DNA of 64,000 nt, from the IMG/VR virus record IMGVR_UViG_3300025131_009739, positions 101,873 to 165,872 of that record; one strand, 5' to 3'. This document shows, one piece after another, positions 29,482-38,614 of this stretch. The DNA is from a virus. The notes under the pieces were generated by a model. It was not told the DNA's origin. It saw only the letters and a program-made list of their open reading frames with translations, and made no database searches. The position numbers and the translations under genes are program-made. The stretch's first letter is position 1, and the number at the start of each line of letters is the position of its first letter.

Positions 29482-30722
29482 GCTTGGTGATTTTTTCTAT
29501 TTTCCCAAGATCCTTTTTCATTATACACTTTTGTAAAAATCTTGTCCCACTCATTAATATATCGCTCATGTCCATAATTTTTTAAAACATGTTCTCTCCC
29601 CTTTCTTCCTAATTCCTCTCTTTCCTCCTTTGTCAAATTATACATTTTTAACAAAGCGTCAACAACATCTTTTTCGCAAACTCTGTCTTCATAAATAAAT
29701 GGAACTATTTGAGAACCAATAATAGCTTTTGATGCAGGTTCAATTCCAAAACCAAACCATTCTTCGCCGTCCGTAACTTGTTCCTGCAAACCGCCTGTCA
29801 TAGTTACAATTATTGGGGTTTCACAAGATAATGATTCAAAGGTAGACAGCCCAAAGCCTTCAGCATCTGATACGCTGATAGTGCAGTCTGCCATATTATA
29901 CATCATAGCCATTACCTCTGAAGGATATTTTTCCCTAGATATCAACACCTGACCATCTGTAAGCCCCAGCTCTTTAATAATTATTTCTAAATCTTGACCA
30001 TTTGGGTCTTGAGGATCTGTGTGCATAACGAGAGATGCGTTTTCATGTCCAATTTCATCAAGAAAAGTTTTAAACCAGTATATTAAACTACCACTTTGTT
30101 TCCTTCTTGCATTTCTACTGTTCCACATTACTATAAACTTATCAATATTTTTATCTTTTGGAAAGCTTTGATATTTAAATTCCTTAACTTGGTTCTCTGG
30201 ATATTTTTTAAACACATCTGTTTGCGTCGTATGGGGAAGATATACACTTTCCACTTTTGGAGCAACATTTTTAACAATATCATCTGTTACCTTTGATATT
30301 GTTGCAACCAAATCATTTGATTCATAAAATGGTCTATTAAAATTCGGATAAGGATAATTATCCCAAACATGATAATAGACCATCGGGACCAACGACCGAA
30401 TTTCGTTCTCCATCATCCACAACCAGTCCCAAAATCTAGGATCCGTCATAAACCATAAAACATCCGGGCGTTCCCTATGAAGCATAGAGCGAATCATGTC
30501 TTGATTGCCATATCCATCGACAGGAAGTATAATCCAATCGCCATTATACTCACCTACGTTTATCGGAGTATAATCAGAATGTTGAATTGCACCGCCCAAA
30601 CTAATAAATTTATATTTACCAGTTTCAAGCATTCCTTCGATCATCATTTTTGTTTGTAAGCCAACTCCGGATGGAGACAAGGGATGATCACTTATCGTTA
30701 AGATCTTAATTTTTTCTGCCAA
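29457..30722 (-). CDS. Glycosyltransferase family 4
   Basis: SDHP..PSGVG, RNARRK, EGFGLSTFES. Confidence 0.85.
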   Translation of the reverse strand: MAEKIKILTISDHPLSPSGVGLQTKMMIEGMLETGKYKFISLGGAIQHSDYTPINVGEYNGDWIILPVDGYGNQDMIRSMLHRERPDVLWFMTDPRFWDWLWMMENEIRSLVPMVYYHVWDNYPYPNFNRPFYESNDLVATISKVTDDIVKNVAPKVESVYLPHTTQTDVFKKYPENQVKEFKYQSFPKDKNIDKFIVMWNSRNARRKQSGSLIYWFKTFLDEIGHENASLVMHTDPQDPNGQDLEIIIKELGLTDGQVLISREKYPSEVMAMMYNMADCTISVSDAEGFGLSTFESLSCETPIIVTMTGGLQEQVTDGEEWFGFGIEPASKAIIGSQIVPFIYEDRVCEKDVVDALLKMYNLTKEEREELGRKGREHVLKNYGHERYINEWDKIFTKVYNEKGSWENRKNHQAWKLIEVA

Positions 30723-30731
30723 TTTAACCTC

Positions 30732-31502
30732 TTATGGACAATGTTTTGTTTTATAAAATTCGCAATATCTACAAGACAACCTATTTTTCACAAAGTTTCT
30801 ATTATTGATATTGTACAATGCTTTGTCCAAAAGTTTAAGGGCATTTTTAATTTTTTTATTACCGCTTAAGACTTTAAATAATTCAACTTTGTTTTTTTTA
30901 GCTGTTCTTTTGAGAAGTGCGAAGTGCGTTTCAATATTATCTAGTTCAACGTTGTGTTTTTTGGAAAAATAATATTTGTAATAAGTTAGCTGATAGGTTG
31001 TCATCTTGTCACTCTTTCTTCTCGCGTCCCATCCCCAAGAACAGGTTTTCCAGTCGATAACATGATATTTACCATCTTTTGTCTTTAGCACCAAATCAAC
31101 ATAGCCTTTAAATTTAAAGTCGTGTGTTTCGATGTCTTCAAAAAGAGCCTCTTCTGTACAAACAATCTCATATTTACCAAAATACTTCTTAAGAGCTGGC
31201 TTGATATAATCTAATAATTCTAAGCCTTGATCTTTCATCTCCAAAGCTAGCTTTTTATTAAAATCGTAATTATCGTCTGCTAATTTCTGCAGAGCTTCCT
31301 TGTATTTTAATACAAAATATTTATCTGATTCTGTATTTTCATTCAACAACATGTTTTCACATGTATCATGAACAGCATTTCCAAAGGCAGTATATTCATT
31401 GCCTTGAAAAATTTTAATTTTTTGTATATTAACTAAATTATGATAATATGGGCATTTATCCCAATTTTTTAATTCAGAAAAAGAAACGTGTTTTTGACTC
31501 AC
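30732..31502 (-). CDS. PD-(D/E)XK nuclease (RecB/Cas4-like)
   Basis: SFSEL...CP, GNAVH, GYVD, IDWKT, QL..Y, CRYC....HCP. Confidence 0.85.
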   Translation of the reverse strand: MSQKHVSFSELKNWDKCPYYHNLVNIQKIKIFQGNEYTAFGNAVHDTCENMLLNENTESDKYFVLKYKEALQKLADDNYDFNKKLALEMKDQGLELLDYIKPALKKYFGKYEIVCTEEALFEDIETHDFKFKGYVDLVLKTKDGKYHVIDWKTCSWGWDARRKSDKMTTYQLTYYKYYFSKKHNVELDNIETHFALLKRTAKKNKVELFKVLSGNKKIKNALKLLDKALYNINNRNFVKNRLSCRYCEFYKTKHCP

Positions 31503-32207
31503 TTAATACCTCGCTGACTCTAATAATTCTTCTATTTTAAAATAAAGCTTAGGACTTATTTTTTTTAAATATTCTCTATCTTTAAGATGATACTCTTCAA
31601 ATCCAATAGCAAAATATTCTCTCAAAGATGTGACAGCGTATGGTGAAACAAACAACCCCATACTTAAGCTAGCCAGAAGAGGATATCCGACTTCTTTATA
31701 AAGAAAGTCATCAAAGCCTACTGAATAATCAATATTTAAAAAATCTTCCATTCTAACATCAAAGTTTTCATTTTTAACAATGCTATACAGCCTTTTTCTT
31801 TTTCCTAAAAACTCATTTTTGATTTGATTATCATCATACAACTCTTGTTTTGCCATTTCTTCAACAGCGTGTGCAATTTCATGTATAACATCGTCAACCA
31901 TATCATCTTCATCTGTCTGATCGTTTGTTATATACAGAGTTCCTTCTCTGTACATAGCATTTACTTCTCTGTCTATTAATTCATCAAATTGTCCGACAAT
32001 AATTGAATCTATATTATACACAAAATGTGAAGGAATCAAATTTTCAACTTTTTTGAGAACATGAAGTATATCAAAATATTCTGGTAGAGAATCTTTTATA
32101 TAGACTTGCACATTATTAAAAAATTCATAATGAGTCCTATCTTTAAGTGTTTTGAGAGATGAACTTTTTATATATTCAACTATATTATTCCTCGTCGTCA
32201 TCTTCAC
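31503..32207 (-). CDS. Zincin-like HExxH protein
   Basis: IHEIAHAVEE...EYFA. Confidence 0.6.
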   Translation of the reverse strand: MKMTTRNNIVEYIKSSSLKTLKDRTHYEFFNNVQVYIKDSLPEYFDILHVLKKVENLIPSHFVYNIDSIIVGQFDELIDREVNAMYREGTLYITNDQTDEDDMVDDVIHEIAHAVEEMAKQELYDDNQIKNEFLGKRKRLYSIVKNENFDVRMEDFLNIDYSVGFDDFLYKEVGYPLLASLSMGLFVSPYAVTSLREYFAIGFEEYHLKDREYLKKISPKLYFKIEELLESARY

Positions 32208-32475
32208 TGTCTGACAATTCTTTGCCTACATCCACATCTGCTAATGCTTGCTGATAGCCTCTAACCCAATTTTCTTCAGCAACAACTAAAAGAAACTCAG
32301 GAAATTCTTTTGCTACTGTTTCAACAATCATTTCAACAGAAACATTTCCATCCTCTGGTTCACATTTAGTCCCAACGTAATCAACGAGCCAACTTTTTAA
32401 CTCAGTGTCCTTTCCGACAACCTCATCGAGAGCTGTATTGCTTTCTTCCTCTGTATCTTTCCATTCAATATTCAT
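32185..32475 (-). CDS. Hypothetical acidic protein
   Basis: 96 aa ORF with AAGGAG SD. Confidence 0.65.
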   Translation of the reverse strand: MNIEWKDTEEESNTALDEVVGKDTELKSWLVDYVGTKCEPEDGNVSVEMIVETVAKEFPEFLLVVAEENWVRGYQQALADVDVGKELSDSEDDDEE

Positions 32476-32485
32476 TTTTATCTCC

Positions 32486-33808
32486 TTATAAAATTTTTGC
32501 TGCTAATGTAGCAACTTTCGAACGCTCTCCTCTGGTCAACGTAATATGACCAGCAACATCATGATCTTTAAATTTCTCAACAACATATGTTAGACCATTT
32601 GATGTTTCATCGACATACACATTATCAATTTGTTCAATGTCGCCAGTCATAACAAGTTTAGTGTTTTCTCCAACTCTAGTTAAAATAGTTTTTATCTCAT
32701 GTTGTGACAATTGTTGACACTCATCAATAACAATGTATGCATTAGAAATAGAACGACCTCTGATATAAGTTAATGCTTCTATCTCTATTGTACCATCATT
32801 TACGTATAAGTCAAGCATTTTTTTATCGGAGCCCATCAAATATTCTAAATTGTCCTTAATTGGACTCAGCCATGGTATCATTTTTTCTTCCATTGAGCCC
32901 GGCAAATAGCCTATATCGCGTCCTAACGGTTGAATGGGCCTAGTTACTATCAAACGGCGATACGTCGACTCCTGGCCATCCTCGACGGTCTGATGGAGCC
33001 CTGCAGCTATAGCACAGAGTGTTTTCCCACTTCCTGCTTTGCCAACCAACGTCACAACTGGAATACTGGGGTCCATTAACAAGTCTAAAGCGAATTTCTG
33101 TTCTTTATTTCTAGATCTAACACCCCAAATATCTCCATTATCAATAATTTTTTTAAGTGAAGAATTGTAACTAACAAATCTAGCCAATCCTGTTTTCTTT
33201 TCGTTTGAATTAGAAACAAGCATGATCATCTGATTAGGATAAAGTTTTACTTCTTCTTTTTCTAAAAATATATCCTCTCCATCATAAAATTGGTCGATTA
33301 TCTCGTCATCAACTAAGTGTTTTGTAAAACCAGTATATAATAGTGAACTATTTTGTACAACTTGGCCAACTGTATAGTCTTGTACCGGCATTTCTAGAGA
33401 ATCGCATTTAATTCTCATATTAATGTCTCTAGAAACTACAATTATTTTTTTATTGGGAAAATTTTGTTTTTCCGCAAGAACTGTGCCAATTATCATATTA
33501 TCAGGATCTGCGGAAGATAGTTCTTCCGGTAATAAAGAAACATCACAATTCTTGATAAAAACTATGCCTTTGCCTTTCCCTATTCTAACACCTTTTTTAA
33601 GATTTCCTTTTTCTCTTAAAGAGTCAAGAATTCTAATTATATTTCTAGCGTTTAAGCCGACACTATCTTGTCTTTTTTTATGTTTATCTATTTCTTCAAG
33701 TACTTTTAGTGGTACCAATATATCACTTTTTCCGAATGCAAAAACAGAATTCGCATCAGTCAAATAGACGTTTGTATCTAAAACATATGTTTTTTTTCTT
33801 ACAGTCAC
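32486..33808 (-). CDS. phoH: PIN-domain PhoH-family ATPase (PhoH2/YlaK type)
   Basis: LDTNV PIN domain, GKAGSGKT Walker A, GYLPG, RGRS, IDE, GD..QID, ERS. Confidence 0.9.
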   Translation of the reverse strand: MTVRKKTYVLDTNVYLTDANSVFAFGKSDILVPLKVLEEIDKHKKRQDSVGLNARNIIRILDSLREKGNLKKGVRIGKGKGIVFIKNCDVSLLPEELSSADPDNMIIGTVLAEKQNFPNKKIIVVSRDINMRIKCDSLEMPVQDYTVGQVVQNSSLLYTGFTKHLVDDEIIDQFYDGEDIFLEKEEVKLYPNQMIMLVSNSNEKKTGLARFVSYNSSLKKIIDNGDIWGVRSRNKEQKFALDLLMDPSIPVVTLVGKAGSGKTLCAIAAGLHQTVEDGQESTYRRLIVTRPIQPLGRDIGYLPGSMEEKMIPWLSPIKDNLEYLMGSDKKMLDLYVNDGTIEIEALTYIRGRSISNAYIVIDECQQLSQHEIKTILTRVGENTKLVMTGDIEQIDNVYVDETSNGLTYVVEKFKDHDVAGHITLTRGERSKVATLAAKIL

Positions 33809-33820
33809 ATTAAATAACTA

Positions 33821-34090
33821 TCAGTCAATACTTTCTGGTGGTTTAGCGGTTATCACTTCCGGTTCTGAAATAACGACAACGTAAATTGCATGTACTCTTT
33901 CTTGATCCATTTCATACGCCAATTCTAGCATTCCATCATAGTTTTGTTCAACTATTTCAGCCGCTGGGAGAGATGTTTCACTTTTCATCGCTGCAGAGCT
34001 GGCTACACAACCGAATAATACTAAACTAAAAAATAGAAAATTAAATATTCTTTTCATGTTTTTTGGATTTCTCCTTTTACTATAATACAA
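33821..34090 (-). CDS. Hypothetical secreted protein or lipoprotein
   Basis: MKRIFNFLFFSLVLFGC signal and lipobox. Confidence 0.5.
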   Translation of the reverse strand: MYYSKRRNPKNMKRIFNFLFFSLVLFGCVASSAAMKSETSLPAAEIVEQNYDGMLELAYEMDQERVHAIYVVVISEPEVITAKPPESID

Positions 34091-34148
34091 GTATATAGCA
34101 AGAAATTAAAATTTGTTCTCTAGTTATAATTAGAAGGAAATTCGATAT

Positions 34149-34943
34149 ATGAAAAAAATAGTTAAGTACGCAGCAATCTCTATTATACTTATAGTAATAA
34201 TTTTATTAGTTTTTTCTTGTGGTTTAAGTTCATCTTATTTAATCAGTTCTGGGCTTGATGAAGGAAATAAAAACTTTAGAGAATCATTTTTAAAAGTAGA
34301 GAATAAATTTTCTGCTAGAGAATGCATAGAAAACGAAAAAAAACAACAAACCGAATGTACAATAGAAAGAATAATATCGTCTGCTTCTGCTTTTGTTGTT
34401 AGTTCCGGGAAAGCAGGCTCTTATGCAATTACTGCGGCTCATTTCTGTGAAGATGACATTGAATTACTTTTAAAGTCGGTTGTTAGGGGCATTCCAATAA
34501 AAAAAATTCAATTTTATGCTTATGATATAGATATGAAAAGATACGACGTCAATGTCATAAATTATGATAGAAAATTAGATCTATGTTTAATTTATGTCAA
34601 GAAGCTTCGAAGAAAACCAGCACTAATTTCACAATACGCTCCGAACCCAGGCGATAAAACATATAATTTAGCTGCGCCCATGGGTATGTTCAGCAAAGAT
34701 ATGATTCCCAAACTAGATGGGTACTTTGCTGGCTATTATTACAGAGATCCTTACAACAAGAGCCAACAATTTGCAATTTATTCAGTGCCAGCGATTGGGG
34801 GGAGTTCTGGATCTCCTCTTTTTGATAAAAACGGTTATATAGTCGGAATGATTCATTCAGTTAATATAAGATTCCCATTTTTGTCATATTCCCCAACTCA
34901 TGAACAATTAAGAAAATATATTCATGAAAATGTTCCTTATTGA
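34149..34943 (+). CDS. Membrane-anchored trypsin-like serine protease
   Basis: TAAH...DLC...GSSGSP catalytic triad; N-terminal hydrophobic segment with possible lipobox. Confidence 0.85.
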   Translation: MKKIVKYAAISIILIVIILLVFSCGLSSSYLISSGLDEGNKNFRESFLKVENKFSARECIENEKKQQTECTIERIISSASAFVVSSGKAGSYAITAAHFCEDDIELLLKSVVRGIPIKKIQFYAYDIDMKRYDVNVINYDRKLDLCLIYVKKLRRKPALISQYAPNPGDKTYNLAAPMGMFSKDMIPKLDGYFAGYYYRDPYNKSQQFAIYSVPAIGGSSGSPLFDKNGYIVGMIHSVNIRFPFLSYSPTHEQLRKYIHENVPY

Positions 34944-35179
34944 GGGTTCTGTTGCTTTTTCTCACTTTTGGTTGACTTAGTATAACCATCTTTATACCAA
35001 CCTCCTCCTTTTAATGAGAATGAGCCTTTGGACACAAGTTTTTTGCACTTTCCGCCGCAACGTTTCTCTAATGAGCCACTAATCACTACATTGTCGCACT
35101 TAGGCGCCGTTTCATCGACTTTTTGCATAATTTCGAAGGAAAAATCGCATAATTGGCACTTATATTCGTAAATTGGCAT
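34937..35179 (-). CDS. FmdB-family zinc-ribbon protein
   Basis: MPIYEYKCQLC...FSLKGGGWYKDGY. Confidence 0.85.
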   Translation of the reverse strand: MPIYEYKCQLCDFSFEIMQKVDETAPKCDNVVISGSLEKRCGGKCKKLVSKGSFSLKGGGWYKDGYTKSTKSEKKQQNPQ

Positions 35180-35185
35180 AATTCA

Positions 35186-35800
35186 CTAAATTATTTCGTC
35201 TACAAGTCCATACTCGAGGCATGTCTCAGCATCGAACCATAGGTCGTGTTTTAGTATCTCATTAAGCTTTTTTTTGGGAACTTTCGTGTGTTCGTTGTAA
35301 ATATCCTTAATAATTCGCATAAAGAGGTCACAATTGTCTAAACTATCCTTTAATTCTTCGTATTTGCCCCACATCCCGGATGATATTTGATGAATTAGCA
35401 TAAAAGCGTTGCTTCTTATCTGTCTATGGGTGCCAACGACACTAAAAAGAGTCGCAGCAGAGGCTGCGCAGCCTTCTACCACTGTGATAACCGGTACTTC
35501 GCACGATTGTATGTAATCTACAGCCGATAAACCAGCAAAAACACTGCCTCCGAAGCTGTTTATGTGCAAATATATGTTAGCGGGCTCATTTAAACCCAAT
35601 AATTGTGCTTGATTAAGCAAATTATCATTCAAATTTCTTAAATTCTTATTCAAAACAAGGATTTTCTGCCTAGAAACCTCTGAATAGTAGTAAATTCTGT
35701 TATTTGTTGTCTCAACAACGTTGTTTTTGTCACTAGTGGCAACAACTGGGGTGCCTTCTTTGTCTTTTTTGTCTTTTCCGGCCCAAAATATGTCTTTCAT
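35186..35800 (-). CDS. clpP: ClpP-family protease
   Basis: INSFGGSV, AASAA (Ser), LIHQ (His), DLWFDAE...YGLVDEI. Confidence 0.85.
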   Translation of the reverse strand: MKDIFWAGKDKKDKEGTPVVATSDKNNVVETTNNRIYYYSEVSRQKILVLNKNLRNLNDNLLNQAQLLGLNEPANIYLHINSFGGSVFAGLSAVDYIQSCEVPVITVVEGCAASAATLFSVVGTHRQIRSNAFMLIHQISSGMWGKYEELKDSLDNCDLFMRIIKDIYNEHTKVPKKKLNEILKHDLWFDAETCLEYGLVDEII

Positions 35801-36132
35801 GCTCGAACCTTCTTATTTTTGCCCTTTTTTCTCTGTTTTTTGCCTTTTTTGTCGACTTTTTCTTCAAAAAGTGGGTTTTTTCTTAGTTTTACGACATATT
35901 TTAAGCCTGCAGGGCCGCATCGTTTAACTTTTACCTGAATTTTATCGTTTTCAGACAAAAGTTTAACTCTTTTCTTATCTGCATCTTGATATTCGTTAAA
36001 ATATGCTATATTTTTCCAAGATTTACTAGTATTTTGATCAGTTTGATCAGTTTGATCAGTTTTCTTACGTTTTATTGCCATTTTAACCTCTTGTTGTGTT
36101 ATACTTTCAGTTTTTTTACGTTTCGAAACCAT
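35797..36132 (-). CDS. Hypothetical basic protein
   Basis: Lys-rich; two in-frame starts, each with a GAGGT SD; (TDQ)3 repeat. Confidence 0.6.
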   Translation of the reverse strand: MVSKRKKTESITQQEVKMAIKRKKTDQTDQTDQNTSKSWKNIAYFNEYQDADKKRVKLLSENDKIQVKVKRCGPAGLKYVVKLRKNPLFEEKVDKKGKKQRKKGKNKKVRA

Positions 36133-36201
36133 TTTTACCTCTTTAAAGTGTTGATTAGCCCAGCCCTCAAATCAACGGATCCACCCTTGGGGTCATTCAT
36201 G

Positions 36202-36519
36202 TGGTGGAGGCGGTGGGAATCGAACCCACGTCCAAAAATCATCAAATATACTGTCATTCACAAGATTATCTGGTTTTTGAACCAGCAAACTGCTCAGTAG
36301 CTCAATTAAACGTGCGCACCACTTATTTTTATAAAGAAATAAGAAACTTTTTGCTAGTTTTGGAGAATAAGGCCACTAGCAGCCTCAGATTACGCAGCTA
36401 AGGCGTAATCAACTTCAACATTATCGTTGGCAGTTAAAAAGTTGAATGTTTATGCTGTGACACTCACACAGTCTTGCCAGAAATACTATCATAATCTCTG
36501 TCGAAACCATGACACCCCC
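36202..36519 (-). ncRNA. ssrA: tmRNA; tag peptide ANDNVEVDYALAA
   Basis: 5' GGGGGUGUCAUGGUUUCGAC and 3' GGACGUGGGUUCGAUUCCCACCGCCUCCACCA; G3-U alanyl determinant; tag frame at 36431-36390 ending YALAA-stop. Confidence 0.95.
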
Positions 36520-36541
36520 AAATTATAAAAGAACTGAAATA

Positions 36542-36570
36542 AGTATACATTATTTTTTAATTATTGTCAA
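36542..36570 (-). promoter_or_regulatory. sigma70 promoter for tmRNA
   Basis: TTGACA-N17-TATACT just upstream of the tmRNA 5' end. Confidence 0.75.
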
Positions 36571-36922
36571 GATCTTCAAAATAATTCTCTGTATTGTACT
36601 TTTTTATTAATTTTTTGAAGTGATCTAACTTAATACCTAAAAATCTGGCTGCTTCTTTCTTAGATCTAGTAGCTGAAAGAGAATATTTTAATATAGCATC
36701 TCTAACTAAATAAGGAATTGCTGAGAATATAGGTATACCATATAGATAACCTCCTACAGATTTAGCTGCTAACTCTAATTTTAAAGCAATTATCTCTTCT
36801 AAAGTTAAATTATTTAACATAACTTCAAATTCATCATGAGATTTATTTTCTTTTCTTAATTTATTACAAATAGAATAATATCTATTTTTTCCTTGAATTT
36901 TCTTCTTTTTGTTCCAATTCAT
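36557..36922 (-). CDS. Protein with Fis-like HTH
   Basis: C-terminal SKKEAARFLGI. Confidence 0.6.
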   Translation of the reverse strand: MNWNKKKKIQGKNRYYSICNKLRKENKSHDEFEVMLNNLTLEEIIALKLELAAKSVGGYLYGIPIFSAIPYLVRDAILKYSLSATRSKKEAARFLGIKLDHFKKLIKKYNTENYFEDLDNN

Positions 36923-36979
36923 ATGATTATTTACTTCAGAAAGATCTAAAAAATATTATAGCACATATTTTAGCAATTG

Positions 36980-38584
36980 TTAACTATCATCTTTCGTTAT
37001 TTTATCTGACCCTTTTGTGCCAGCTCCGGCAGGAGTTAGTTTATAGACTATTCCTTTATTGCGCAGCGATAATGCTCCTTTAATTCCTGCTGAGAACGGA
37101 GGCGGAGTTGAGTCAGCTCCGCAAGCAGCAGCGGAGCCAGCTGGTAATATATCGATATCTGCTAAATATCGATCATCTGCTTGATAAGAATATCCAGCAT
37201 TTAATGTAAAATCAGAACTTATGATAGGTTTTGTGGTTTCTTGACATTTTTTCCATGCTATAAATTCATATGCTCCAACATCTATATTCTTTAATGTTAT
37301 TACGACCGGGGCGCCTTTGGCGTCCACCGTGTGGCGTCCGTCTTCTGGGCCCAGAAACTCACGTTTATATCCACGTTTATCGCCGGTCCTTAACAATGTG
37401 TTCACTGATGTATCTCCGGCGTCGACTGCGTTTGAAAACTCGGATGCAATCTTAAAGTCTGGAGTAACATCCAGACACCAATCATTTTTTTGGTTTAATT
37501 CAATATTGCCGGCAGTCCCAGTAACACGTAATCCAGGATTAACTCTTTGTTCAGTAGAATGAAAAGCTTCTATATGCGCGGCGCCGTATACGTCGACTAA
37601 ATCATAAAGATTCGTGGAGGCATAATGATTATTGCCTGTTCCCAAACGAACATTTCCAGTTAATATATTGTATGTGTGCGCCACATTTACATCAGAATCA
37701 ATTACTAAGCCAGCGCCATTGCTTGGATCTGAACCACATCTTGCAACAATATTGTTTGTTATTGTATCAGGGCCAACGGCGTAGATCCCGTATAAACTAC
37801 AACTCAAAACAGTATTATTTATAATAGTAGCTCTTGTAGATGAACCAACGGCTATTCCTTGTGCAAATCCATAAATTACATTGTTTGAAATAATATAACC
37901 ATTGGCTTCAGTTCCATCCGCAGAGGCGATGGCAGTACCGTTGAAGGCGTTGGGGTCCGGACCGGCTCCAGAATCTCCCCACATGCCACCTCGAAATGTG
38001 CAACAATCAATTCTAGATGGCCAATCTGCCTCATTTTTGAAGTTGGCGCCCAAAACGTTTGATAGGCCGCCGAAGCTTTGACTAAATTCACAATTTAAAA
38101 ATCTTGTTTGTGTGTTTGTGCCGGTTTTATACACATATCCACCAGTTTTAATCCATCCTCCAAAATGAAAATTTTCAACTATTAATCCATATTCACCGTT
38201 ACCGCCTATCGCTGCACCTGGAACGCTGTGGCTATTATTTTGTAAATTAGAGCTTCCGCCGCCTTCGATACATGGCCGGCCCGAGCCGTCGGCACGCAGA
38301 GGCCAGCCCCGGATTGTCAAGTTTTTTTGATTTTCACAATCTATTACTTCTTCATATGTCCCAGAAGCGACAATAATAAGTGCTCGAGCGCCTTCCGGAT
38401 CTGCTGCAGCGTCAGTTGTACCTGCGGCGTCTATTACATCAATTGCTTTGTTTATTGTGAGATAAGGATTGCCTTCCGAACCGTCACCTGAACTATCATT
38501 ACCAGTTTTTGCAACATATGTAGTCGTGGTAGCAGCTGCAACATCGTCATAAAAAGTTTCGCTATTCCCTAAAGTAGTTGGCAT
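36980..38584 (-). CDS. Right-handed beta-helix (pectin lyase-like) protein; possible virion adhesin or depolymerase
   Basis: YVAKTGNDSSGDGSEGNPYLTINKAI (DUF1565-like), ISNNVI/IINNTV/ITNNIV repeats, DVGAYE. Confidence 0.75.
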   Translation of the reverse strand: MPTTLGNSETFYDDVAAATTTTYVAKTGNDSSGDGSEGNPYLTINKAIDVIDAAGTTDAAADPEGARALIIVASGTYEEVIDCENQKNLTIRGWPLRADGSGRPCIEGGGSSNLQNNSHSVPGAAIGGNGEYGLIVENFHFGGWIKTGGYVYKTGTNTQTRFLNCEFSQSFGGLSNVLGANFKNEADWPSRIDCCTFRGGMWGDSGAGPDPNAFNGTAIASADGTEANGYIISNNVIYGFAQGIAVGSSTRATIINNTVLSCSLYGIYAVGPDTITNNIVARCGSDPSNGAGLVIDSDVNVAHTYNILTGNVRLGTGNNHYASTNLYDLVDVYGAAHIEAFHSTEQRVNPGLRVTGTAGNIELNQKNDWCLDVTPDFKIASEFSNAVDAGDTSVNTLLRTGDKRGYKREFLGPEDGRHTVDAKGAPVVITLKNIDVGAYEFIAWKKCQETTKPIISSDFTLNAGYSYQADDRYLADIDILPAGSAAACGADSTPPPFSAGIKGALSLRNKGIVYKLTPAGAGTKGSDKITKDDS

Positions 38585-38614
38585 AATAACTTAATTAGTT
38601 TCTATTTTATAAAT

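Noticed and set aside
4088-30722. Cellular O-antigen locus, implying a bacterial chromosome
   Set aside because: No flippase, polymerase, ligase or housekeeping context; flanked by phage-type sigma, PhoH, baseplate-like and early genes. No capsid or terminase gene is in the window, so viral origin remains an inference.
30732-31502. Cas4-like nuclease as evidence of a CRISPR system
   Set aside because: Stand-alone PD-(D/E)XK nucleases are common in phages; no array or other cas genes are present
36201-36401. 66 aa plus-strand ORF MVEAVGIEPTS
   Set aside because: Antisense translation of the tmRNA 3' end
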